From Octopus sinensis (Eukaryota): DNA of 64,000 nucleotides. Position numbers and translations under genes: made by a program. The stretch is from positions 54,994,001 through 55,058,000 of the forward strand of contig NC_043006.1 in NCBI RefSeq assembly GCF_006345805.1, written 5' to 3'. The notes below the pieces were generated by a model. It made no database searches, was not told the origin of the DNA, and worked only from the letters and a program-made list of their open reading frames with translations. Shown piece by piece: positions 25,748 to 36,289 of the stretch (positions are counted from its first letter, which is position 1; each line of letters opens with the position of its first letter).

Positions 25748-27557
25748 TGGTATATATATTATACATACACATAAATTGTGGACATGTTTGGTTGTATATG
25801 AGTTTGTGAAACTGCTGAACCTTTCAATTTTCTATAAAGTAGTGACTATCTATTACCTACTGAGATTGCTTTCATTCTTGGACATATCTGATTAAAATAA
25901 CCTTGTTTTGTTTTTTGCTTTGTAGGGGACCATTCCTATAAACAATTTACTGAATTACCACCTGAGCAACAAATGATAACAGCACTGCCAGATCTCCAAA
26001 GTTGGACTTTAAGTGAAGATGATGAGTTTCTTGTTCTTGCATGTGATGGAATATGGTAAATACACTGACTTTGCTTTCTTCACTTCTTTAATAAGATTTT
26101 TTTTCGTTTAGTCAGGGTAAGGTTAGCACCTATGCCACTTTTTCAGAGTACTGATACTACTAGCAAGAAATTATCCTACGACCAGAGTCCTGCTCCAAAT
26201 GCTTGCAGCAGTGAATTTGTTGAAGTACTCAAGGTTTAGGTGGTGTATTGGCATATAAGCTAGAGTGGCATTGCTCCTCAACTAACTCATGGTAGACCAC
26301 AAAATTTATATTACTAAAGCCTCACTCTATCAAGGAACACCACCTCTACCAGTTGTTTTGAGATCTTTAATGACACTACTGGATGTCAGTCTGTCATCAA
26401 TCATTGATGTCACATTTACTTTCTTGCTTACAAAGAGATCTACTCTGTAACTAACCCTGGATGCAGAATCTTTACTAGATGCTGTCAGCTGGAATCAACT
26501 GAGTTGAGTACTTGCAATGAGCAAGATTACTACTCCTTGAAGAAACTAAAATACTACTTGCTAACAAAAATACCTACCCATTCTTTCTAACTTGTCAGAA
26601 TTTGATATTTAATTATGCATGTTTTAATTCTTCTTACAGGAATTTTATGTCTAGTCAAGAAGTGGTTGATTTTGTTAAGGAACGACTTGAAGATCCTAAT
26701 AGAAAACCAAATTTATCGGCAATTTGTGAAGAGGTAAATTAACAGTCAGTTACTTTCAGCCTGTCTCACCAATCAGTTCTGCTATTTGTTGTAAACATTG
26801 ATTTTCCCATCTTTCTCATTGATAAGTAATTTTTATATAATGGAATGGGTGCTTAAGTTTTTTTGTCAGTCATATTGGTCAGTGAGATGTGATTACTGTA
26901 CCTTTGATTAAAAGTCAAGCTGACTTTTAATCCAAGGTACTCCAGTTGCAGCTATCATTTTTTTTCTTCAAGCTGTTTAATTTAGATTTACATTATATCC
27001 TTTTTTTAAGACAGTAGGTTGTATAACGAGGGACACTTGGTTGCTATTTCTAGCAAGTTAAACGACCACTTACAGATTGCTTGATGTGAAAAGTGAAACT
27101 ATATTAATCTTTCTACTAATTTCTTTTCTCTTCATAAGGAGAGTACAGAACTAAGTTTGGGAGAATATGTTCCTATCAAGAGGAATGGATTTTTTTATGT
27201 ATTGAGCATTTGTTTTTGGTTTTTTTCTCAGCCATCAATTTTTGCTTTATATTTGTTTCTCTAAATCTTGACTGAAATAATCATGAACTTAATCTGAGAT
27301 TTGTTGTTTGTATTTTGTAGATATTTGATTATTGCCTAGCTCCAAACACAATGGGTGATGGCACTGGCTGTGACAACATGACCTGTCTTATTGTTGACTT
27401 CAAAAAGAGAAATATTGGTGGTAAAAAACGAACCTCAGAACAGAAAGAAAATTCTCCAGATACACGAAACAGCAACAAAGTGGAGGCGACACCGTCTGAA
27501 GATGTAGATTCTCAGCCATCATCAAAACGATCAAAGACTGAAGATGATGATAATTAA
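1217..27557 (+). CDS. PPM1G: Protein phosphatase 1G (PP2C-gamma), spliced, 5'-partial. Exons 1217-1393, 16796-17415, 21038-21201, 22919-23018, 23900-24134, 25926-26055, 26640-26733, 27321-27557
   Basis: All introns are GT-AG with matching phases (1,0,2,0,1,2,0). Exons total 1757 nt, about 585 codons including the stop. PP2C motifs: (G)[64 protein letters not shown]. The long acidic insert inside the catalytic domain is the PPM1G hallmark. The MGAYL/DGHG exon(s) are not in the window. Confidence 0.95.
1871..2238 (+). mobile_element. tRNA-derived SINE, major family (other copies 3105-3492 +, 28958-29325 -, 63738-64000 +, plus many degenerate ones)
   Basis: Pol III A/B-box head (tggctgtgtggtaag...ggttcagtccc), central microsatellite, shared 3' body. 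Confidence 0.85.
2979..3598 (+). mobile_element. TTAA-flanked ~215-bp MITE (piggyBac-type ends), split by a SINE
   Basis: ttaacccttttgcatttaaacc...gaatgctaaaaggattaa, with family sequence on both sides of the SINE at 3105-3492. Confidence 0.7.
3105..3492 (+). mobile_element. tRNA-derived SINE (major family) nested in a MITE
   Basis: Near-identical to 1871-2238. Confidence 0.85.
3595..4878 (+). mobile_element. Same MITE family, split by piggyBac copy 1
   Basis: ttaatctgttagcat[TTAA insert TTAA]actggccatatc...ctgttaaagggttaa. Confidence 0.72.
3614..4688 (-). mobile_element. Internally deleted piggyBac-family element, copy 1
   Basis: TTAA TSDs at 3610-13 and 4689-92. TIRs CCCTTTCGTTAC/GTAACGAAAGGG. 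ORF 4419-4105 and the following remnant (acidic N-terminus, F.EETGP...[21 protein letters not shown]) match the piggyBac transposase N-terminus. Confidence 0.88.
5378..5727 (+). mobile_element. Non-autonomous Helitron-type element, copy 1
   Basis: A|TC 5' end, 3' subterminal hairpin, CTAG|T end, no TSD. Clearly homologous to 50582-50947. Confidence 0.75.
6400..7068 (-). mobile_element. Tc1/mariner transposase remnant with fold-back duplication
   Basis: TA-CGGGGTGTCCCAAA terminus. Minus strand encodes [11 protein letters not shown]...[11 protein letters not shown]. Plus strand encodes [21 protein letters not shown]. Confidence 0.85.
7321..7520 (-). mobile_element. Penelope-like pseudo-LTR / retrozyme-like unit, about 200 nt
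   Basis: Carries the hammerhead-like motif followed by a U-rich tail, and is bounded by (TA)n on both sides. Confidence 0.5.
7419..7456 (-). ncRNA. Minimal type I hammerhead-like motif with variant core (CUGUCGA)
   Basis: Minus strand reads TCTTT CTGTCGA A GAGC GTAG GCTC GAAA CGT A AAAGA: 5-bp stem I, 4-bp stem II, palindromic ACGT stem III, GUA site. Position 6 is U, not A. Confidence 0.55.
7597..8226 (-). mobile_element. RTE-like LINE 3' end (RT C-terminus plus 3'UTR with (GAT)n tail); similar copy at 30221-30750
   Basis: Minus strand encodes [17 protein letters not shown]...[12 protein letters not shown], followed by the shared UTR and a catcatcat tail. Confidence 0.75.
8278..8338 (-). 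ncRNA. Type I hammerhead ribozyme motif, inverted partner of 8352-8412
   Basis: The reverse complement reads GATAA CTGAAGA GATG...CATC C GAAA CT CGG AGT T TTATC, with the same core and stems. Confidence 0.7.
8352..8412 (+). ncRNA. Type I hammerhead ribozyme motif (Penelope/retrozyme-type)
   Basis: Stem I GATAA(8352-56)/TTATC(8408-12). Core CTGAAGA(8357-63). Stem II GATG/CATC closing a longer imperfect hairpin. GAAA(8395-98). Stem III ACT-CGG-AGT. GUU cleavage triplet, cut after 8407. Confidence 0.72.
11290..11510 (+). mobile_element. TTAA MITE family copy (others at about 14266-14493, 29402-29581, 37276-37492, 48470-48666)
   Basis: ttaacctgttagcatttaaatcagccatatc...ctgaatgctaaagggttaa, sharing internal motifs (aatgcatgattaattcaaaac, cacctatcctaca). 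Confidence 0.78.
12211..13173 (-). mobile_element. Degenerate Tc1/mariner element
   Basis: TA-flanked imperfect TIRs (ttgggtgtggtgaataaattg / caatttacccatcgcaccctg). Remnant ORF VMVF..ITSDG.IVPPFIF...[13 protein letters not shown]. Confidence 0.85.
13822..13923 (-). mobile_element. Short tRNA-derived SINE head with an (AAT)n tail
   Basis: Minus strand: tggtgtagtggttaagagc...aagttcgattccagg...aataataat. No intact cloverleaf or CCA end. Confidence 0.6.
15470..15757 (-). mobile_element. Third SINE-like element
   Basis: GC-rich block with a reverse tRNA-like head (ggttttgattcccagatcggg). Confidence 0.55.
16796..17415 (+). CDS. PPM1G: PPM1G large exon (Ser-rich/low-complexity insert)
   Basis: Acceptor tttctcttcag, phase 1. 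Encodes [28 protein letters not shown]...SSSHASNW. Donor TGG|gtatgt. Contains ORF 16828-17424. Confidence 0.92.
18459..18672 (-). mobile_element. Second SINE family (degenerate copies at about 40640-40780, 55380-55585, 59285-59490)
   Basis: Minus-strand A-box-like start and gagttcaaattc B box, with a shared cctttcggggtcgat core. Confidence 0.7.
19348..19720 (+). mobile_element. 3'UTR-only copy of the same RTE-like family (others 8503-8690 -, 24415-24672 +, 52776-53020 -, 62590-62742 +)
   Basis: Shared aaaagcacccactacactc...ggaagggcatccagctgtagaaac...ccatgctagcatgg...gatgatgat. Confidence 0.78.
20240..20850 (-). mobile_element. Old RTE-type LINE 3' remnant (similar decayed pieces at about 400-1100 -, 29850-30140 +; CR1/L2-like at about 21280-21830 +)
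   Basis: Decayed RT C-terminal motifs only, recognised by eye. Confidence 0.45.
21038..21201 (+). CDS. PPM1G: PPM1G acidic exon (EPQPGSSG...[27 protein letters not shown])
   Basis: Acceptor accatttcag, donor GG|gtaagg, open in phase 0. Confidence 0.9.
22919..23018 (+). CDS. PPM1G: PPM1G acidic exon ([21 protein letters not shown]...KDSEE)
   Basis: Acceptor ttttctgttcag, donor GAG|gtatgt, phase 2 to 0. Confidence 0.9.
23900..24134 (+). CDS. PPM1G: PPM1G catalytic exon ([11 protein letters not shown]...GLNLSRAIG)
   Basis: Acceptor tatttttag, donor G|gtaatt, canonical PP2C motifs. Confidence 0.96.
25926..26055 (+). CDS. PPM1G: PPM1G catalytic exon (DHSYKQ...[10 protein letters not shown])
   Basis: Acceptor ttttttgctttgtag, donor TG|gtaaat, metal-binding DG motif. 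Confidence 0.95.
26640..26733 (+). CDS. PPM1G: PPM1G exon ([16 protein letters not shown]...LSAICEE)
   Basis: Acceptor ttcttcttacag, donor GAG|gtaaat. Confidence 0.94.
27321..27557 (+). CDS. PPM1G: PPM1G last coding exon ([21 protein letters not shown]...[10 protein letters not shown])
   Basis: Acceptor tattttgtag, TAA at 27555-27557. The basic C-terminal KRSK resembles an NLS. Confidence 0.95.
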   Translation: MFDYCLAPNTMGDGTGCDNMTCLIVDFKKRNIGGKKRTSEQKENSPDTRNSNKVEATPSEDVDSQPSSKRSKTEDDDN

Positions 27558-27908
27558 TTTTTATTTGAAATCTTTTCCCTCCCTCCCTCGAGACCATGGC
27601 TTACATTAATGGATGTAAGCTTCGTCATTCATAGAATTATTTGCACAATTTGAAAGAATCATTACATCACTCTGATAGTTGGCAAAATATTGGAAATATC
27701 ACCAATTTGGAATTTCTTAACTATTAAAAGAATTATTTTATTTATTTTCTTTTAGATTAAAAAAAACTGAAATTTATTTTTTTATTTAACCTTAATGTTT
27801 TTATTTGCTTTCTCTGGTTCTAAGTTACCACATGGAAAGTTTTATTTACTATAATTGATTATTATTATTGCCATTTTCTTCCTATTTATGGCTGAGTTAT
27901 TCATTATT

Positions 27909-27914
27909 AATAAA
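27909..27914 (+). promoter_or_regulatory. Candidate PPM1G polyadenylation signal AATAAA
   Basis: AATAAA about 350 nt after the stop, at the end of a U-rich UTR. Confidence 0.55.
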
Positions 27915-28215
27915 AGCCAATGGATAAAAAAAAAATGTTTCTAGATTAAATTCTGCATTTCTTTTGTCATCTAATGAATATATATATATATACACACACA
28001 CACATATATGTATGGGTGTGTGTATATATAATACACACAATCACCTTAGCTTTGCAATCATTTAACATTAGCAAAGTGCTTGGAAATAATTGAAAATTCT
28101 TTCCACAAGTCAACTATTAGAGTTGGATATGAATTTTTCATTAATGCATCATTATTAATAATTATATCATACAACATATAGACACTCATTATAGAGTGAT
28201 AATCCTTAGACTCTC

Positions 28216-28272
28216 ATGTATGTGTGTGTATGAAGATATATATATATATGTGTATATGTATATGTATGTATA

Positions 28273-28328
<56 letters not shown>
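28216..28328. repeat. (TA)n-rich microsatellite (others at about 5073-5176, 25719-25745, 62516-62590)
   Basis: Direct reading. Confidence 0.95.
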
Positions 28329-28331
<3 letters not shown>

Positions 28332-28957
28332 CATGTGGAAATCATTCGACTGGGTAGAAGACCAGCCAGGCTATGTAGATGTCTGCCATTTGCTGTAATG
28401 AACAGTCCAATCATTTTTATAGTATGAACAGCTCTAAATGCTGTTTACTCTTCTAGCATGTCCTGCTTCTTGCAATCGTTAACTCTTTTCAGCTTCATTT
28501 AGAACTTCTGTTTGTAGTTAATACATTTATGTATCGGGTTGTAGCTGTTATGACCTGAAGAATATTTTTTTGTATCAAAGATATTGGGTGGGGGAACATT
28601 ATAATAAAGATAAAAAATGTATTTTGCAGGTCATTAACTATTTTGAATCTGTTTTTGCTTATTTTATTTTATTTAGTTTTTTTCTTTGTTTTGTGCGTGT
28701 TGTTTTTTCTTCTTGTGTGTGTTTATTATTATAATTTTATTTTTTACCTTGAAAATATTCTTAAGCTGATCTCTAGTGAGATCAGTTAAGATTTGTAAAA
28801 ATTAAAGAAACTAGTTATTGTCTACATTGGCAGATAATAATGAAACAAAGCAATAGTTCACAAGGAGGATAAAATTACTTTGTCATGAAGAAAAGTCTGT
28901 TTCAGGTAGCACCCAAAGACTTTTAGTTGTTCTAAGGAAAACTGCTTTTCCAAATTT

Positions 28958-29325
28958 CTCTTTTACTTGTTTCAGTCATTTGACTGTGGCCATGCTGGAG
29001 CACTGCCTTTAGTTGACTCCCAGGACTTATTCTTTGTAAGCCTAGCACTTATTCTATCGGTCTCTTTTGGTGAACCGCTATGTTACAGGGGTGTAAACAC
29101 ACCAGTATTGGTTGACAAGTGATGTTGGAGGGACAGACACAAAGATATACACACACACACATATATATATATACACAATGGGCTTCTTTCAGTTTCCATC
29201 TACCAAATCCACTCACAAGGCTTTGGTCGGCCTGAGGCTATAGTAGTGCCCAAAGCACTGCGCAGTGGGACTGAACACGAAACCATGTGGTTGGTAAGCA
29301 AGCTACTTACCACACAGCCACTCCT
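28958..29325 (-). mobile_element. tRNA-derived SINE (major family)
   Basis: Reverse complement of 1871-2238. Confidence 0.85.
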
Positions 29326-30769
29326 ACAATTTGTTACCAATGGTATATAGCTATAACTCTGACTGTTTCTGCTATGTTCTGTTTTACCATAGATTTTGTT
29401 TTTAACTCTTTCACATTTAAGCCATCCATATCTGACCTTTCATACCTACTCTAGAATGTCATTCCAAAAATAAACAATCACATCATAGAAATCTTGAAGC
29501 TACAAGATAATGCATGATTCTAAACCATGTGAATAAATATGCATTACATTAGACAAACAAATTTGAATACTAAAGGATTAACACAAGCTAGCAAAGATAA
29601 AACTAGATAGATAAGCTGATGTAATAAACTTGGACTCCCACTTTGTGCAACTTAATATATGGGGCTCTACTGTCATTTGCCATTGGGAAAATAATCTATA
29701 TCAGATGGTTGAGCATGTTAATCATTTCATGTCTGATCTGACCAACTAACCTTATTTTATGCTTATTCAAAACTGATACCACCATAGGAGTAGTCATTGT
29801 GGTGTGGTGGCTTATATGCCTCAATGACTCTGAAAGCTATACTAGCAGAGCTTGATTTCTTGGTCAAGCCTCCGGTGCATGACAGATTAAGGGATAGAAG
29901 CGAGACTAATAAGGACCACCTGGAACCAGCACCTCTCCCCAGAAAAGTGTTACAAAATTGATCACCATTCAAAAAGCAACAATATTTAGAAGGCTTCCCT
30001 CTAGAAAACATGTGCTGGGATTCTGGGGCAGAGGTGAAAAAGCAGGGATTCAACTGGAGAGAAGTAGGAGAGGCAGTTCAGTGTCAAAAACAGTGGAGGA
30101 AGGTCATCACTGGCCTCCAGATGGATGGAGTGAAGGGCTTAATAAGAAAGTTAGAACTTAGTTTTCTGTCTGCTTTATTATTATTAAACTTATCATGCTG
30201 TCTCTGGTATAGCAGGAATATCATCATCATCATCGTTTAACGTCCATTTTCCATGCTAGCATGGGTTGGATGGTTTGACTGGGGTCTGGGACGCCAGGAA
30301 GCTGCACCAGGCCCAGTCTGATCTGGCAGTGTTTCTACAGCTGGATGCCCTTCCTAACACCAACCACTCTGAGTGTAGTCGATGGTTTTTACGTGCCACC
30401 GGCATGGAGGCCAGTCAGGGCAGCGCTGGCAACAGCCATGTTCGGATGGTTCTTTTATGTGCCACCGGCACTGGTATCACAACTTCAATTTCCATTGCTT
30501 TTTGAGCGATTTCACTTGCCTCAACAGGTCTTCGTAAGCAGAGTTTTTGTGTCTGAAGAAGGAAAGGTATGCTTAAGTAGGCTGGCTACATCCCAGGTAG
30601 AGGCCACGGGCTATGGCCTCACTTGTCCTGCTGGGTCTTCTCATGCACAGTATACTTCCAAAGGTCTCAGTCACTAGTCATTGCTTTGGTGAGACCTAAT
30701 GGTCGAAGGTCGTGCTTCACCACCTCGTCCCAGGTTTTCCTGGGTCTACCTAATCTCTACGAGATTCCC

Positions 30770-31295
30770 TTAAAAGCGGTAATGAATAACACGTAGAAAA
30801 ATAAAATACTAAAAATAGACAATCGATCATGTTGCAGCTTTGTAGTGAAGTGTGTTTATGACTTGTTAAATGGTGTCCCCCGCAGTTGTTTCTAATCGGA
30901 AAAAGAAAAATTATTTTGTGGATGAAACTAGCATGTGATGAACCCAGCACTTAGTCATGATAAATGAGCAAGACCTAGACTCTCTACAGTTGAGGATATT
31001 TATTCTCCAGACGAAAAGCTTAACCATATGCATACAATGAGAGTGATTTAGATAATCAAAGTGATGAAGAAAGCAGCAATTCGGGTGAACAAATACCAGT
31101 AGTTGAAAGATAGGCCTATTGTGATTCTGTTCATTAGTAGTAATTGAGAGATAGGCCTATTATTTTTATTCTAAATATTTTGCGATTCTATCCATTAGTT
31201 TGCCTGCAATTGTTACTATTGAGCTGTGTATTTTCTTGCTCAAGAGCCCAGGTGGAGGGTAAAATGAGATAAGGACCCAGGTCTGAGAGGGTTAA
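30770..31295. mobile_element. Possible piggyBac-type fragment with only one terminus
   Basis: Ends in ...ctgagagggTTAA, with an internal acidic remnant (ESDLDNQSDEESSNSGE). No matching left end found. Confidence 0.35.
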
Positions 31296-32664
31296 GCTTT
31301 TATAAGCAATGTGTGATATAAGAAAGTACCATCATGAGTTGATAGGGTGGAAGTACATGGCTAGTAGGAATTGATGACTTGTTCCCATACATTATTACTA
31401 TAACTTAATTAGTCTTCTGAATACCAAATGTCTTTCATGAGTTACTTTCAATATTATCTAAGTTGCTTAATCCTCACTGCACTGATTGAATTTTTCCATG
31501 CGAGTATGAATTGGACAAATCTTGTCACAGCACACACAGCAACAGAAAACTGATGAGTTTTCGAATTTTACTGCAGTGTACTTGGGTAGTAAACCTAATC
31601 CAGGATCCAGTTAAACACCACCTGATCTTTAGCAGAGTTCACTGCATTACAAGCATTTGAGCCCTGTCTCTAGTTTAAGGAAAGCTTCCTTCCCACTAAT
31701 TAGAGGCCCTGTAAAAGAACATGGGTACTGCCGTTCCCTCTGACCAAGTGATAAAAAAATAAATAAAATACTGCTTTTTAAGGATTCATAAAATCACAAT
31801 ATATCACAACCAGGTTTGTTTAGATCTATAATTCATGTTGGGTTTCATCATCAAATTTGTTGAATGTTCTCATGTAAGTTCTATGCTTTTGGCTGTTTCA
31901 CCAATGTAATCCAGTATGGGGAATGTCTGAAAATGTTTGAAAGCTGAGCCAATGGAGAGGAATTACAATTAGATGAAATCTCCAAGCAGTTTAAATGTAC
32001 AAGTCACTAATATCAAAGTGTCTGCAGAATTCATGTCCTAGACTGGCCCCTTAGAGAGTAAGAAGTTAAGGGCTGAGACACTTGAGTGGGGTTTCTTCTC
32101 TGAAGACCTGCTGTTTAGCTCCCTTGCATACAAAGGTGAATGCTAAAACAATATTGATGAAATTTACTATTATAAGCTATGCTGTAACTTATGAAAAACC
32201 ATATGTTGATGTGAAGATTCCAAAAATATAATTAATAACTTGTTCATCAAGTTTGTTTGGTATTGTAAAAGCATTTACATTCTTCTGTTATGATAATTAA
32301 GTTTCAGTCAGTTTGACTTGGTGTTACAGGTTTTATCACCATTAAGCATCTTATTAATTGGTTTCAGTTCATCCACTCATGAAGTACAGCAATAAAAATT
32401 AAATAAATTGTCATTGTAATATCTCGTTATGGCAAAGTGCCACCAATTTTTAATTTGTGTTTTTTAAAAATGTTTCAGTTATTAGATTACAGCTGTGCTA
32501 CAAAACTATGTTAAAGGGGTTTAGTCAAATAAATTGACCACAGCACCTTATTTTGTGGGTCTCTTTTCACCAAAACCACTAAGTTACTGGGATGTAAACT
32601 AACACCTGTGGTCAAGCAGTGGTGTGGGGAACATAAACAGAAAGGCACAAACATTCTCACACTC

Positions 32665-32699
<35 letters not shown>

Positions 32700-34595
32700 G
32701 CTTCCACACAGTTTGTCTACCAAATTCACTCAAGGAATTTGTTGGCTCAGTGATGTAATAGGAGACACTTGCCCATGGCTGAGTCATGAGGAAAGTTTAG
32801 AGCCTCTGTGACCGGTGAGATGTCAATGTTCTGCTTAAGCTGTTGCAGGGAGAAGATTCCAAAGTGTTAATGTTCCAGAAGGGGTGGTTGGACACACTAA
32901 GGATTACCAAGAGATGGAAATATGAGTAGAATGGGGAGATGAGAACAGCCAACTCCAAAGAACAGAGATCATGTAATGTATTTCATAGAAAACCTGAAAA
33001 ACAAAAAGAGAAGTCACAGACATCGGGAAAAAAAATGTAACAGAAATTGTTGGTGTGCAACTACAATGGCAAAATAAAAAAGGTACTGAACTCAGTTTGA
33101 TCATTGCCATTACCACAATGAACAGGTAAGAGTGCAACTCATTTTCTTCAATTAGAAAATGTATCATCAAAGATTTTGTTCCATATGGTCAGACGATGAG
33201 TTTTGCTTGAATCTCTTGAGACATCTGAGAGAAGGTGCTTGCTGCACTATGGACTAAAAAACCCTAAATGCTGCACTTGCTCACAAATCATCAATATAGA
33301 AATATAGATCAAAGGTCTTACTAATTAGAATTACTCATGGAACTATATGTACTAAATTAGCCAGCTGAATCTGCTCAGGAATTAAAAGTATTTCATCATT
33401 TTAATATCCACTTTTTCATGCTTGCATGGGCCAGATGGAATTCATTGAAGCAGAATTTCTGCAGCCTTCCTTGTTTCTAAACAAGGTAATATTTACCTTT
33501 GATCAGGCATACTTTCATGGAAGATTGGAAATAAATGAAAGTGACACTCATTTGCAACTATTACACGATGGGTGTCTTTCAGTTTGTTCACTAAATGCAC
33601 TCACAAGGGTTTCATTTGCTTGGAGTTATAGCAGAGGGCATGTGCCATGCAGTGGAACTGAACCAGAAACCGATTGATTGGGAAACAAATTTCTTAACCA
33701 CACAGCCATGGACTTGTGTATCATGTGCAAGTAATTATAGGCTGTGAAATCCTGTGCACAAAAGAAACGTTCTGCTAATTGTCATCTTCACCACTTCATC
33801 CCACATCTAAGTCCCATGCTTACACAGGTTTCATTCATTTCAAGTACTAGCCCTCCTTTATACAGCTGTCAACTACCAGTCTTCTCTTATGCACACTACA
33901 ACTAATTTGTAGCAGTCTTTCATGAACATTAACGTAGCTTTATTTCCTTGTAGCCATCACAAATCTTCTGCATTTAAGACCCACATCTGACACTGAAGAA
34001 GCCTTTGTTGTCAGCAACAGTAAAGGCTCTCTGAACTTTTCCAACCCATTCTTACTTCTATAATTTCAGAATACTCACCCCCCACTACTAATTAGGCCAT
34101 TTACATAACCGAAGCTATCAGCTACTTCTCCGGGAACCTTCCAAACATATGAGTGAATCTATTTTCCATGTACTCTGAATCTAATTTCTGCCTGTGACCC
34201 CTACAATATCAGTACTGCTTATACAAAGCACAGTATAGAGAATCTTTGCCAACTCTTTTACTACACATTAAGCATGCCCATTTCCTTGAGGGTAGAAAGG
34301 TCTTGTCTTTCCTCTTTATAATCATTGCTGCATTTAGGGCCTTTCAATTCCGAAGTTTTGCTCCCAATCTACATATTGTCATAAGAACTAAATCATCATC
34401 CGAGGAAGAAATGAGAGCTTAAAAGTTAGTGCTGAGCACTCGACTTGGAATTTGTTGAAGCTTACATGTGATAGAAAAGGTGTGAAATATCATTGGACTG
34501 CATATTTATACCAACTGTTCAAGCACATGGAAAACCTAGCATAGCTGATATAAATAAGATAAAAAAAAAGAAGAAAATGGCTGTTATAGATTTGA

Positions 34596-34987
34596 TTTAT
34601 TGATCTGTCTGGAGAACTGAAATGACAGGACATAATGTACAACTGACTGCTACATCAGCAAGAGCAATAAAAAAAAGAAAAAGAAAAGTAAAACAGCATA
34701 ATTGATTAGAGAGGAGAGAGAAAGAGGAGCAGAGGAGAGAGAGAGTTAAAAATTAAAACATTTGTGTGTGAGAGAAAGACGTTACTCATAGAGTTAGAAA
34801 GATTATGAGAAGTGGTGAAAAGAGTCAGATTCAAAGATACCTTTAATGATTCTTAAACACAGTTAAAATTTTTGAAATGTCTTGATTGAAATAATAGCAG
34901 AAACCTATTATTTTATCTTTGAAAAGGAAAGACATGATTGTTAAATGAAAAAAAAAAAATTTTAATTGTTTTATTTCAGGTTTTATT
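34596..34987 (-). promoter_or_regulatory. Candidate EB1 polyadenylation signals (AATAAA at 34987-34982 and 34601-34596), implying a 3'UTR of 1.2-1.6 kb
   Basis: tttatt on + strand downstream of the stop, in SINE-free U-rich sequence. Confidence 0.4.
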
Positions 34988-35537
34988 AAAAAAAAAAAGG
35001 GGGGTAAAAGAAATAAAAGACACCTCCCCCTTGAACATTAATGATGCCTTTAATGAACTTTGCATAGTGGGAAGCTAATTTACAAGATATTGAATTGCCA
35101 TTAGGTATTTCAGACACAAAGCAGAGTGACAACATTAACAGGTAGCAAACAGCCAAGAGATTAGACACACAGACATAGGAAGAGAATGAGTAGACAGTAC
35201 TGCTGAAAAGTGGAGTTAAGTTGCTGGGTTTATATTCATAGTTACTTTTTGTTTGGTCGAAGTGCGAGGGTTCATATACTAACTATTATACAGGAATATT
35301 TGTGTTTGCAAGCAGTAGCAGGCACTTCAAACCTAGCTTGTATTATATTGAGGTGACAAATGTTCAGCACAAACATTCACTGAAGAGTTAGTCACCTTAG
35401 TATGATACAAACTCCATAGAACCTCTTACGAATAACTTTCATCACTCAGACATTCACACACTACATTTACACCACAATCAAGTAAAGCACATAAAAAACA
35501 CAAACACACATTACACATGTAAAATATACATACATAC

Positions 35538-35539
35538 AC

Positions 35540-35603
<64 letters not shown>

Positions 35604-35610
35604 AAGAGAG
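35538..35610. repeat. (GA)n microsatellite in the putative EB1 3'UTR
   Basis: Direct reading. Confidence 0.95.
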
Positions 35611-36220
35611 ATCCTACGTAACTCAATATCTCTTTCAGAATTAGAAACTCCCCAAACTAAATTGAAAATTGAATTGGACACAATCTCTATGATTCCATAC
35701 AGTAACCACCTCCTGCTGATAAACACAGGAGCAGATGGCTATCAAAGGTTCATTGCAAACTGTTTTATATGAGAATCTTTAGCCACTCAATAATTATATT
35801 AATAATAATGTTTTGATTGTAACAAGAACAAAGCCGGATTTACATTTAGCTTCATTGAAAGTAGAAAATGCTTGAGAAGCAGTCATTGTCTTTAAGAAGT
35901 AAAGAGTTAGAGTTGCTGTGTACAAGAGACAGAGAAAGAGAGAAAGAGGTTCGGCCAAGTTCTGGTTACAGCGGAAAGCCCAATATTTTCAGGTTGTGGT
36001 AATGTGTAGTAGTAGCAGCAGACCCCTTCCAGATGCTAGCTCACTTTAGCCCCTTTGATGACATTGAAGACAAAAAAGGATATCAAACTGCTGCGACTGA
36101 AAGGGGCCCCACTCACAATGAAATATCACATAGGGATTGTGAATTGATATCTTCCAATGAGAATAAGTAAAGAATGAGTTCAAATTTTGTTTTTGCCCTC
36201 CAAAGTATAGACGTGAGCAC

Positions 36221-36289
36221 TTAGTATTCTTCCACATTGCCATCTGCACTGTCTGCAAATCCATCATCATCTGGTGCAGCAAAGCCATC
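36221..36289 (-). CDS. MAPRE1: EB1 last coding exon ([22 protein letters not shown])
   Basis: Acceptor tttatttttag, DGF...EEY* tail typical of EB proteins. Confidence 0.93.
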   Translation of the reverse strand, partial: DGFAAPDDDGFADSADGNVEEY

